A stretch of DNA of 64,000 nucleotides from the NCBI GenBank assembly GCA_028278105.1, contig JANQEX010000003.1, positions 6,972 to 70,971 on the forward strand. The letters are read 5' to 3'. This DNA is from Alphaproteobacteria bacterium (GTDB lineage Bacteria > Pseudomonadota > Alphaproteobacteria > UBA9219 > RGZA01). Below, one piece after another: positions 8,539 through 17,106 of the stretch. How positions within the stretch are numbered: position 1 is the first letter of the stretch; each line of letters begins with the position of its first letter. The notes below the pieces were generated by a model. That model was not told the DNA's origin. It searched no databases and worked only from the letters and a program-made list of their open reading frames with translations. The position numbers were made by a program, and so were the translations under genes.

Positions 8539-8700
8539 ATGGACTGGATAGACGTCGTTCTGCGGCTGTTAAGCTGGCAAAACTTTCTTATCATAATCAT
8601 CACCACATGGGGCTATAATTTCCATCTCCGCATTCTGGAAATCCAGAAACAACATCGGGAAGTCATTGCCCTGTTGCGGGAAATTTCGGCGAAGACATAA
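8539..8700 (+). CDS. 53-aa hydrophobic membrane peptide, paralogue of 7990-8151 (one Q/R difference)
   Basis: Lies within the track ORF 8503-8700. The ATG at 8539 has a GGGAGGG SD. It differs from copy 1 at only 2 nt over 162 nt. Confidence 0.55.
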   Translation: MDWIDVVLRLLSWQNFLIIIITTWGYNFHLRILEIQKQHREVIALLREISAKT

Positions 8701-8875
8701 AAAACGCGCCAATCCGGGCCGAACGCCAAGCGCAAAAGCCGTGAAAATCGCCTCGCGCGCCAATAAAGCCGGAAGCCAAAGACCAGGCGCGAGACCGTTC
8801 CGCGCATGGCTGCGGGCTGGAAATTCAGATGCTCTGCGGTTATGCCCGGTACAGGCGGCAGGCCGTCCCCGCCCT

Positions 8876-10585
8876 TTAGGCCACCTTGACGGCGGGAGCC
8901 GCGCGGCGGGCTTCTTCCTCGATCAAATAGCGGCGGGACAGCTTGCCGATGGCCGTTTTGGGCAAGGAGTCGCGGAATTCCACCTGTTTGGGAATTTCAT
9001 GCGCGCCGAGCCTGTCTTTTAGAAAGCCGCGCAATTCCAGCCCGGTGAGCGCCGCGCCCGGCCTCAGCCTGACATAGGCCTTCACGATCTGGCCGCGCGT
9101 GGCGCTGTCCACCCCCGCCACCACGCATTCCTCGACGGCGGGATGGGTATAGATGGCCTCTTCCACATGGCGCGGGTAAATTTTCATGCCGCCCATCATG
9201 ATCATGTCCTTGATGCGGTCGACAATGCGGATATAGCCGTCTTCGTCGCGCACACCCACATCGCCGGTATGAAGGCGCCGCGCGCCGTCCGGCATTTTTT
9301 CCAGCACGCCCGCGGTATCCAGCGGGCGGTTCCAGTAGCCCATCATCACCTGCGGGCCGCGAATGCACACCTCACCCATCTCGCCCGCGCCAAGCGCCGA
9401 GGTTTCATCCTCCAGCGACACGATGTCCAGCGTCGTGCCAATCATCGGCAGGCCGATGGTCCCTTCCTTCTGCGGCGCGCCGATGGGGTTGCAGGTGGCC
9501 ACCGCCGAGCATTCGGTCAGTCCGTAGCCCTCGGCCACCACGCAGCCGGTCAGCCGCTCGAATGTGCGTTTCACCTCCACGGGCAGGGGCGCGCCGCCGG
9601 AGATGCAATAATCGATGGACGACAGGTCATATTCCTGCGCCGACTTCGACTGGTTGATCGCGGCGAAAATGGACGGCACCGCCGGAAACAGCGTGGGCCG
9701 CTTGTTATGGATGTGGCGGATAAGGTCCATCACCTCGAAGCGGGGCAATAGGATGATGGTTCCCATCATGGCGGTGGTGACGTTCAGCACCACCGTCAGC
9801 GCGAAAACATGGGTCAGCGGCAGCACGCCCATCATCCGCACCGCGCCCATCTCAAGCGTCGGGAAAATGCCCCGGCCCTGCAGCGCGTTGGCGGCAAGAT
9901 TGGCGTGGCTCAGCATCGCCCCCTTGGGAACGCCGGTCGTGCCGCCGGTGTATTGCAACACGGCGACGTCTTCCACAGGATCGATGACGGCGCGCTGATA
10001 AGCGCCGTCATTGTCCAGAAGCCTGCCAAAAGACATGTAGACGTCATCCCGCGGCATGGACACGGCCGATTTCGCATCCAGAACCCCGCGCAACAGGCTT
10101 TTCCAGCCGGGCAGCATCTCGCCGAGCTGGCAAAAAATAACGGCGCGAAGCTCTGTTCCCGTCCGCGCCTTTTCGAATTTTTCGAAAAGCGCGGGGTGGT
10201 CGAGCGTGGCCATGACGCGGACGCCGGAATCCTGCATCTGCTGGGCGATTTCGCGCTCGGCGTAAAGCGGGTTGAAATTGACGACGGTCGCGCCGATCTT
10301 CAGCGCCGCCAGATAAAGAATGATGTAATGCGGCGTGTTGGGGAGAAGCAGGCCGACACGGTCGCCCTTCTTCACGTCCAGATCCTGAAGCCCGCGCGCC
10401 GCGCGGGCCACCAGTTTCGCAACCTCGGCATAGCTGAAATGGCGGTCCAGAAAATCGATGAAGCAATGATGCGGCAGGACCGCCACCGCCTCGTCGAACA
10501 AGCTGTCGGCCGGGCGCGGCGCAAGAAGCCGGGCAATATCGGCCTCGGATTCAGGACGTGTTATGATTTGCGGGGAAGTTGTCAT
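8876..10585 (-). CDS. AMP-dependent acyl-CoA synthetase/ligase (long-chain fatty-acid-CoA ligase-like)
   Basis: AMP-binding motif YTGGTTGVPKGAMLSH, GYGLTE, DGYIRIVDRIKDMI. The ATG at 10585 (MTTSPQ) is preferred over the upstream alternative. Confidence 0.85.
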   Translation of the reverse strand: MTTSPQIITRPESEADIARLLAPRPADSLFDEAVAVLPHHCFIDFLDRHFSYAEVAKLVARAARGLQDLDVKKGDRVGLLLPNTPHYIILYLAALKIGATVVNFNPLYAEREIAQQMQDSGVRVMATLDHPALFEKFEKARTGTELRAVIFCQLGEMLPGWKSLLRGVLDAKSAVSMPRDDVYMSFGRLLDNDGAYQRAVIDPVEDVAVLQYTGGTTGVPKGAMLSHANLAANALQGRGIFPTLEMGAVRMMGVLPLTHVFALTVVLNVTTAMMGTIILLPRFEVMDLIRHIHNKRPTLFPAVPSIFAAINQSKSAQEYDLSSIDYCISGGAPLPVEVKRTFERLTGCVVAEGYGLTECSAVATCNPIGAPQKEGTIGLPMIGTTLDIVSLEDETSALGAGEMGEVCIRGPQVMMGYWNRPLDTAGVLEKMPDGARRLHTGDVGVRDEDGYIRIVDRIKDMIMMGGMKIYPRHVEEAIYTHPAVEECVVAGVDSATRGQIVKAYVRLRPGAALTGLELRGFLKDRLGAHEIPKQVEFRDSLPKTAIGKLSRRYLIEEEARRAAPAVKVA

Positions 10586-10780
10586 CGGCTGCCTTTTCGC
10601 GGGGCGAGTGTGGCAAATCCGGTGATCGAAAATCAAGCTTTGGATAATCCTGATCATCCCCATGAAATATTATAAAATACTCAAAATGGCCACTAATTAT
10701 GACAGAAACGGTTGCACGTTTTTTACGACGTGCGAAAGCACACGCAAACAACGTCAACCGGACGGTCAATTGTCGAAGGG

Positions 10781-11710
10781 TCAGATTTTTTCGATCAGTT
10801 CAGGCACGGCCTGGAACAGGTCGCCCACAAGCCCGTAATCGGCCACCTGAAAAATGGGAGCGTCGGGATCCTTGTTGATGGCGACGATGACCTTGCTGTC
10901 CTTCATGCCCGCCACATGCTGAATCGCGCCGGAGAGGCCCACGGCGATATACAGGGCCGGGGCCACCACCTTGCCCGTCTGGCCGATCTGGCAGTGATTG
11001 GGAACGTAATTGGCATCCACCGCCGCGCGCGAGGCGCCCACCGCGCCGCCCAGCTTGTCGGCCAGTTTTTCCAGCATCTTGAAATTGTCGGCCGACGCCA
11101 GGCCGCGCCCGCCGGCCACCACCACGCGGGCCGCCGTCAGTTCGGGCCGCTCGGACTTGGCGATCTCGCTCCCGGCGTATTTGGAAAGGCCCGCATCGGG
11201 CGTCGCCTCAAGCTTTTCAACCGCGCCCGCGCCGCCGGTCGTGGCCGCGGCCTCGAACGCCGTGCCGCGCACCGTGCAAAGCTTGATGGCGTCAGCGGAT
11301 TGAACGGTGGCAATGGCGTTGCCCGCATAGATGGGGCGGCGGAAGGTGTCGGCGCTTTCCACGGCGATGATGTCGGAGATGGGCGCAACGTCCAGCAGCG
11401 CCGCCGCGCGCGGCAGCAGATTGCGGCCAAAGGTGGTGGCGGGCGCAAAGACGTGGGTATAGTTCTTCGCAACCTGCGCGACCAGCGGCGCAAGATTCTC
11501 CGCGAGATTGCCCGCGAAATGCGGCGCGCTGGCGCAAAGCGCCTTTTCGACGCCCGCGACCTGCGCGGCGCTGGCGACCACGGCCTCCGCCGCCTCGCCC
11601 ATCACCAGGGCATCGACCGGCGCGCCGGTCCTGGCCGCGGCGGTCACGGCGCTGAGGCTGGCGGGGATGATGGCTTTTCCATCATGTTCGATCATAACAA
11701 GGGCGCGCAT
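10781..11710 (-). CDS. etfA: electron transfer flavoprotein subunit alpha
   Basis: 309 aa. The C-terminal FAD-binding region is GGRGL...LADKLGGAVGASRAAVD...QIGQTGKVVAPALYIAVGLSGAIQH. Confidence 0.9.
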   Translation of the reverse strand: MRALVMIEHDGKAIIPASLSAVTAAARTGAPVDALVMGEAAEAVVASAAQVAGVEKALCASAPHFAGNLAENLAPLVAQVAKNYTHVFAPATTFGRNLLPRAAALLDVAPISDIIAVESADTFRRPIYAGNAIATVQSADAIKLCTVRGTAFEAAATTGGAGAVEKLEATPDAGLSKYAGSEIAKSERPELTAARVVVAGGRGLASADNFKMLEKLADKLGGAVGASRAAVDANYVPNHCQIGQTGKVVAPALYIAVGLSGAIQHVAGMKDSKVIVAINKDPDAPIFQVADYGLVGDLFQAVPELIEKI

Positions 11711-11747
11711 GGCAGGTCCTTTCGGAAGTCCGGGTTAACTACAAAAC

Positions 11748-11864
11748 GAACATTCCCGCCCCCGCCTGCGCGGGGGCAGGCTCCAGCGGGAATCCCATTT
11801 TATAAAATGGGATTCCGGGTCGCGCGCCCTCCGCTGTCGCGGAGGGCCCTTGCCCGGAATGTTC
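11748..11864. repeat. palindromic MITE/REP-like element, family A (TIR GAACATTCC)
   Basis: Runs GAACATTCCCG...CCGGAATGTTC. Its first 56 nt are identical to the copy at 63574-63693. Confidence 0.75.
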
Positions 11865-11906
11865 AATTTTTATTTTCATGGGGTTCGATCCTGATTGCCG
11901 CGGAAG

Positions 11907-12650
11907 TTAGATGACTTTCGCCTCAACGCGGAGTTTTTCGACCAGCGTGGCCACGTCGGGCACCTTGATGCCGGCCTTGCGCGTTGGAGGCTCGTCCACC
12001 TTCAGCACTTTCAGGCGCGGGGCGAGGTCCGCCGCCGGCGCTTCCATTGTTTCAACCGGCTTCTTCTTGGCCTTCATGATGTTGGGCAGCGTGGCATAGC
12101 GCGGCTCGTTCATGCGCAGGTCGGCGGTGATGATGCAGGGACATTTCAGCTCCACCGTCTCCAGCCCGCCGTCGACCTCGCGCACGACTTTCGCCGAACC
12201 GCCCGCAAGCTCGACCTTCGAGGCGAAGGTGGCCTGCCCCCAGCCCAGCAGCGCCGCCAGCATCTGGCCGGTCTGGCCGTTGTCGCCGTCGATGGCCTGC
12301 TTGCCGAGAATGACCAGATCGGGCTTTTCCTTCCCGACAAGAAGCCGGAGCGTCTTGGCGACGCCGAGCGGCTCGGCCTCGCCCTCGAACGGAACATGCA
12401 CGGCGCGGTCGGCGCCCATGGCCAGGGCGGTGCGCAGAATTTCAACACAGCCTGCCGGGCCAAGGCTGGCGGCGATCACTTCCGTGGCGGTTCCTTTTTC
12501 TTTCAGGCGCACGGCTTCCTCGACGGCGATTTCGTCGAAAGGATTCATCGACATTTTGACATTCGCCGTTTCAACGCCGGTCTTGTCGGATTTGACGCGG
12601 ATGGCCACGTTGTAGTCGATCACGCGCTTGACAGGCACAAGGACTTTCAT
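11907..12650 (-). CDS. etfB: electron transfer flavoprotein subunit beta
   Basis: [15 protein letters not shown]...[16 protein letters not shown] signature; adjacent to etfA. Confidence 0.9.
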   Translation of the reverse strand: MKVLVPVKRVIDYNVAIRVKSDKTGVETANVKMSMNPFDEIAVEEAVRLKEKGTATEVIAASLGPAGCVEILRTALAMGADRAVHVPFEGEAEPLGVAKTLRLLVGKEKPDLVILGKQAIDGDNGQTGQMLAALLGWGQATFASKVELAGGSAKVVREVDGGLETVELKCPCIITADLRMNEPRYATLPNIMKAKKKPVETMEAPAADLAPRLKVLKVDEPPTRKAGIKVPDVATLVEKLRVEAKVI

Positions 12651-12900
12651 GCCATTTCCTTATGATAAGGGGTGGGAACCGGAAATTACGTGAAAGCCGG
12701 TGAAGAAAGCCTTAACGCCCGCGGCACGGCCGGATGCGGCAAAAAACAAATTTCCTGCGATTTCATCCTTCAACCTCGCGTTTTTCATATTTTCTCATGG
12801 CGGAATGTTTGGAAAAATCGCAAAAATTGCGACCGGAAGACACCCTTCTCCTACACATTTCGGCGCAAGCCGGAATGGGTATGGTTATTTCAGGCTTGGC

Positions 12901-13920
12901 ATGATCGTTCTTGGCATCGAAACATCCTGCGACGAGACCACCGCCGCCCTGGTGGACGACGCGCGCGTCATTCGCGGGCAGGCCGTTTTGTCGCAAATGG
13001 ATCACCGGCGCTTTGGCGGCGTGGTGCCGGAAATCGCCGCGCGGGCGCATCTGACGCATCTTGACCGGTTGATCGGCGCGGCCTTCGCGCAAGCCGGGCT
13101 TGATTTCGAAAAGGCCGACGCCATCGCCGCCACCTGCGGCCCCGGCCTGATCGGCGGGGTGATGGTGGGCGCGATGACCGCCAAGGCTTTTTCGCTGGCG
13201 CTGAAAAAGCCTTTTCTGGCCGTCAATCATCTGGAAGCGCATGCGTTGACCCCGCGCTTGACCGGCAACGTGTCTTTTCCTTATCTGCTGCTTCTTGTTT
13301 CGGGCGGGCATTGCCAGTTGCTGGCGGTGGAAGGAGTCGGCCGTTACCGGCTTTACGGCACGACGCGCGACGATGCCGTGGGCGAAGCTTTCGACAAGGT
13401 AGCCAAGCTGCTTGATCTTGGCTTTCCCGGCGGGCCCACGGTGGAACGCGCGGCGCGTGAAGGCGATGCCGCGCGCTTTGATCTTCCCCACCCCATGCTG
13501 GGGCATGACAGCATGGATTTTTCCTTCTCCGGCCTGAAAACCGCCGTGCGTCATGCGGCGCATGGAAGGGATCTGTCGCCGCAAGACAAGGCCGGTCTCG
13601 CGGCCTCCTTCCAGCAGGCGGTCTGCGCCACGCTGGCCGACCGCGCGGCGCGCGCCGCCGGACAGTTCCGGCAGGACTATCCCGAAGGCAGGGTTCTGGT
13701 GGCGGCGGGCGGCGTGGCTTGCAACCTAGCGGTGCGCGAATCCCTTGCCGCCTGCGCCGCGCGCGCGGGACTTGATTTTATCGTGCCGCCGCCCGCGCTT
13801 TGCACCGACAACGCCGCGATGGTGGCCTGGACGGGAATCGAAAAGCTGCGCCTTGGCCTGACGGACGCGCTGGATTTCGCCCCCCGCCCCCACTGGCCAC
13901 TGACGGACTTGACGGAATGA
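12901..13920 (+). CDS. tsaD: tRNA N6-adenosine threonylcarbamoyltransferase
   Basis: Starts MIVLGIETSCDETTAAL; also has HLEAH, LLVSGGHCQL and GFPGGP motifs. Confidence 0.9.
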   Translation: MIVLGIETSCDETTAALVDDARVIRGQAVLSQMDHRRFGGVVPEIAARAHLTHLDRLIGAAFAQAGLDFEKADAIAATCGPGLIGGVMVGAMTAKAFSLALKKPFLAVNHLEAHALTPRLTGNVSFPYLLLLVSGGHCQLLAVEGVGRYRLYGTTRDDAVGEAFDKVAKLLDLGFPGGPTVERAAREGDAARFDLPHPMLGHDSMDFSFSGLKTAVRHAAHGRDLSPQDKAGLAASFQQAVCATLADRAARAAGQFRQDYPEGRVLVAAGGVACNLAVRESLAACAARAGLDFIVPPPALCTDNAAMVAWTGIEKLRLGLTDALDFAPRPHWPLTDLTE

Positions 13921-14150
13921 TGGGGATTCCCACTTTTGTGGGAACGGGTGTGATGTTAGCCTTGACTTGCGGGACGTTTTGAACGGGTCATTGCGAGCCC
14001 CGCTGCAAGCGGGGCGAAGCAATCCAGGACTTGATACATCGGGCGTCCCCGCCCCTGCTTTCGCAGGGGCGGGAATGTTTGGGGCGTGGATTGCTCCCTG
14101 CTTCGCCTTCGGCTCTGCCGGGTTGGCTGAGCAAACCAGCCCGGCGCAAC
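13921..14150. repeat. cluster of GC-rich palindromic repeats (family A-related units), approximate bounds
   Basis: Contains units GTCATTGCGAGCC...GCGGGGCGAAGCAATCC and GTCCCCGCCCCTGCTTTCGCAGGGGCGGGAATGTT. The same units are seen at 32455-32713 and 35085-35215. Confidence 0.65.
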
Positions 14151-14247
14151 TTTCGTGAAGCCGGATTGTCGGCTCTTTGGGCCTTCTCATATAATAACGG
14201 GATTATGTCCTGCCCTGTTTCTGTCACTCAAACCTCAACGAAACGCC

Positions 14248-15255
14248 ATGCCTGAAATTTTCAACACGGTCGGAATTGTCGGAGCCGGAGCCTGGGGCAC
14301 CTGTCTTGCGCAGACGCTGCGCATGGCGGGACGCAACGTGCTGGTGTGGGCGCGGGAAGACGCGGTCGTGGAATCCATCAACAAGCGGCACGAGAACGCC
14401 GATTACCTGCGTGGCGTGCGGCTGGACGAAGGCATCAAGGCCTCAAAGGATTTCGCGGCGCTCGCCCCTTGCGAGGTGCTTTTTCTCTGCCCGCCGGCCC
14501 AGCACATGGAAACGTTGTGCAAAAGCATGGCTCCCGCCGTCAAGCGCGGCATACCTATCGTGGTTTGCTCGAAGGGCATTGACGGTAAAACCGGCGGGTT
14601 GATGACCGAAATCACGGGCCTTTCCCTTGCCGCCAGCCCCACCGCCGTGCTGTCGGGGCCCAGCCTGGCCATCGAAGTGGCGCGCGGCCTGCCGACGGCG
14701 GTTGTGGTGGCCTCGAACGAAAGGAACTACGCCAGCAAGCTGGCCGAGACCGTGGCCGGGCCGCGCCTGCGCCCCTACACCTCGGACGACATGATCGGCG
14801 TGCAGGTGGGCGGCGCGGTGAAAAACGTGTTCGCCATCGCCGCCGGCATCGTGATGGGCAAGGGCCTCGGCGAAAGCGCGCGCGCGGCGCTTGTCACAAG
14901 GGGCCTCAGCGAGATGACCGCCCTTGCCCTCGCCCTTGGCGGCAAGATGGAAACGCTGATGGGGCTTTCGGGCGTGGGCGACCTGGTGCTGACCTGCGGC
15001 TCGCAACAATCGCGCAACATGTCCCTGGGCGTGGCGCTGGGACGCGGCGATACGCTGGAAAAGGTTCTGGGCCTGCGCCACAGCGTGGCCGAAGGCGTGG
15101 CCACCGCCATCGCCACGCTGATCCGCGCCGAGCGGCATAATGTGGACATGCCGCTTACCAGGGCCATCCATGACATCCTGCACAAGGGCGCCGACGTCAT
15201 GCTGACCATGGAGCAGCTTCTGGCCCGCCCCCTGACGGACGAATTCAAGTATTAA
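14248..15255 (+). CDS. gpsA: NAD(P)H-dependent glycerol-3-phosphate dehydrogenase
   Basis: VGIVGAGAWGT Rossmann motif, GVQVGGAVKNV, LTCGSQQSRN. Confidence 0.9.
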   Translation: MPEIFNTVGIVGAGAWGTCLAQTLRMAGRNVLVWAREDAVVESINKRHENADYLRGVRLDEGIKASKDFAALAPCEVLFLCPPAQHMETLCKSMAPAVKRGIPIVVCSKGIDGKTGGLMTEITGLSLAASPTAVLSGPSLAIEVARGLPTAVVVASNERNYASKLAETVAGPRLRPYTSDDMIGVQVGGAVKNVFAIAAGIVMGKGLGESARAALVTRGLSEMTALALALGGKMETLMGLSGVGDLVLTCGSQQSRNMSLGVALGRGDTLEKVLGLRHSVAEGVATAIATLIRAERHNVDMPLTRAIHDILHKGADVMLTMEQLLARPLTDEFKY

Positions 15256-15417
15256 GGTTCCGGGCTGCGGGGCGGCGCATGGCCTGCCAGCCTCTGAAAA
15301 AAGCAGCCGCGTCGCAGCATTTCTCCTGTTGCAGTGCGAGAATGGAGTCGGCTGATGCGGCTTGGCGTCTGATGGAAAGTGATTCAGAATTATAACAGTA
15401 TTTTTTAACAGTGAACC

Positions 15418-16362
15418 ATGACTGACGTGGCACTCACGCAAACGGAAAAACCCGCTTCTTCCGCTTCATCGCAATTACCGGCCTTGTCGGAAACAGGGGT
15501 CCGGGGTGAGTTTGTCTTTGTTACCCAGATTTCCGGCGACCTGATCGTGGGGCATGCTCTTGAAGGCGGACGGGAAGTCTCCCTGAAATTCGATCCGGAA
15601 GATCCGGCGCTTTTCGCCGGGGCCAGGCGATGGGAAACGGCTTTTGCCCCCGCCAGCGCAGACATTGCACAGCGTCCTCCCGCAAGACCGTACAGAGATA
15701 TCATTGCCCATATTGCACATGATAATGACACTGTAAAACGCATTACGGCCACTTTTTCCGACCTCGATAATGGAATCGGGTTGGTGCGTCTGCACAACAT
15801 TAAAGCTTACCACATCAAATGCCGCACCCGTCCTGCCAAACAGCGTTCATGCAGTTTGAGCAATTACTGTTACATTCAGGGACGCGGCATTAACGGGGCG
15901 GATTATGTGGTGGCGGCTCCGGTCCACAATGCCCTGATTCCTTCATGGAACAGCGTTCTGTCAAACAGCGGAAAATTCCGGGACATTGATGCTGCGGAAA
16001 ATCCTGAGTTTTTTGCAAAGCTGCAAAGGCATTTCAATGCCATTTTTTTCCCGGAAATCACGGATCCAGGAAGCGATTTCGACAGGGCAACTTTTTTCAG
16101 CATCCAGGCATATCATTCAAACGAATTTGGCCTGATCGTCCCGATTTCCGCCGAAAACAACACAATCGTGCCGTCTCCGGGCTCAGGACGCAACCCGGAG
16201 CGTGTTCGCGCGCAACTGATTGCCTTGCCAGTTCTTTTCAGGGAAGTGGGTGGAGTGCGCGAACTCTATTTCAACGCCTACCGTAACACGCCGGCGCGGA
16301 ACGGCGTGCGAAGCTTGCCGGCCGTATGTCAGGATGAAACTCTCAGCATATCTCCGAAGTGA
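15418..16362 (+). CDS. hypothetical protein (314 aa), no recognisable domain
   Basis: Long ORF with an ATG start. GC is moderately lower than the backbone. No motif recognised. Confidence 0.5.
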   Translation: MTDVALTQTEKPASSASSQLPALSETGVRGEFVFVTQISGDLIVGHALEGGREVSLKFDPEDPALFAGARRWETAFAPASADIAQRPPARPYRDIIAHIAHDNDTVKRITATFSDLDNGIGLVRLHNIKAYHIKCRTRPAKQRSCSLSNYCYIQGRGINGADYVVAAPVHNALIPSWNSVLSNSGKFRDIDAAENPEFFAKLQRHFNAIFFPEITDPGSDFDRATFFSIQAYHSNEFGLIVPISAENNTIVPSPGSGRNPERVRAQLIALPVLFREVGGVRELYFNAYRNTPARNGVRSLPAVCQDETLSISPK

Positions 16363-16416
16363 AAAGGAGAAAAAATCGCGTGAACGCCTTGAGACGCGCT
16401 CCTGCGCCGGAAAGCG

Positions 16417-16656
16417 CTAAACCCGCTGTTCGCCCAGGGTCGCGCCGACTTCATGCGCCGCGCGGACAATCCGCTCGCCTATGGAACCCACGCGCGCGGC
16501 GGCCGCCGCATAGGTGGTGACCGGCGAGCGGCGGACGGCCGCGATGGTTTTATCCAGCGCCACGAGATTCGTCTGGTTGGTCATGGCCACAAGGCGCTCC
16601 AGCGTGTCGTCCACGCCGCCAAGGCCATTCATGGAAAACTCGATATCGCGTGACAT
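16417..16656 (-). CDS. hypothetical small protein (79 aa) with weak resemblance to the MCP signalling-hairpin motif
   Basis: The ATG at 16656 is preceded by GGAGAGG. The segment LVAMTNQTNLVALDKTIAAV resembles the chemoreceptor tip consensus QTNLLALNAAIEAAR. Confidence 0.45.
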   Translation of the reverse strand: MSRDIEFSMNGLGGVDDTLERLVAMTNQTNLVALDKTIAAVRRSPVTTYAAAAARVGSIGERIVRAAHEVGATLGEQRV

Positions 16657-17106
16657 GTTCCTCTCCGGTTTTCTCCGGCCTTGCGCCGACCTTGCGGAAC
16701 GGTTTTCCCGTTTCTTTTTCTTCGATGAGCTTGAGTATGCCGCATGAATGGCTAAGGGCCGGTTAAATATAACTTGCTGAATTCTTAAGGCTTTTTTGAT
16801 TCTGATTTTTGCCTGTTCATGAAGAAAGGATTGATGATGAAATTCCGGCCTGTGGAAAAGCGCCTTTTCGCCCCGCGCCGTCCACAAGAGGACGCGGCGA
16901 ATTCAACACGTTAGGTCAAGCTTATAATGAACAATCCTGTCTCTCGTGGCGCTGTGGGCGCGTGGATATTTTTCCGGTCTCTTCTTCGGCGTTAACCAAA
17001 GGTAAGGGATTTTATATGTTAGGGCTCGGACTCATTGAAATACGGTATGCCAGAAACGCGAGGACTGTTTTACGAAGTAAAACAACCGAACGTTACATCT
17101 CCCAAC

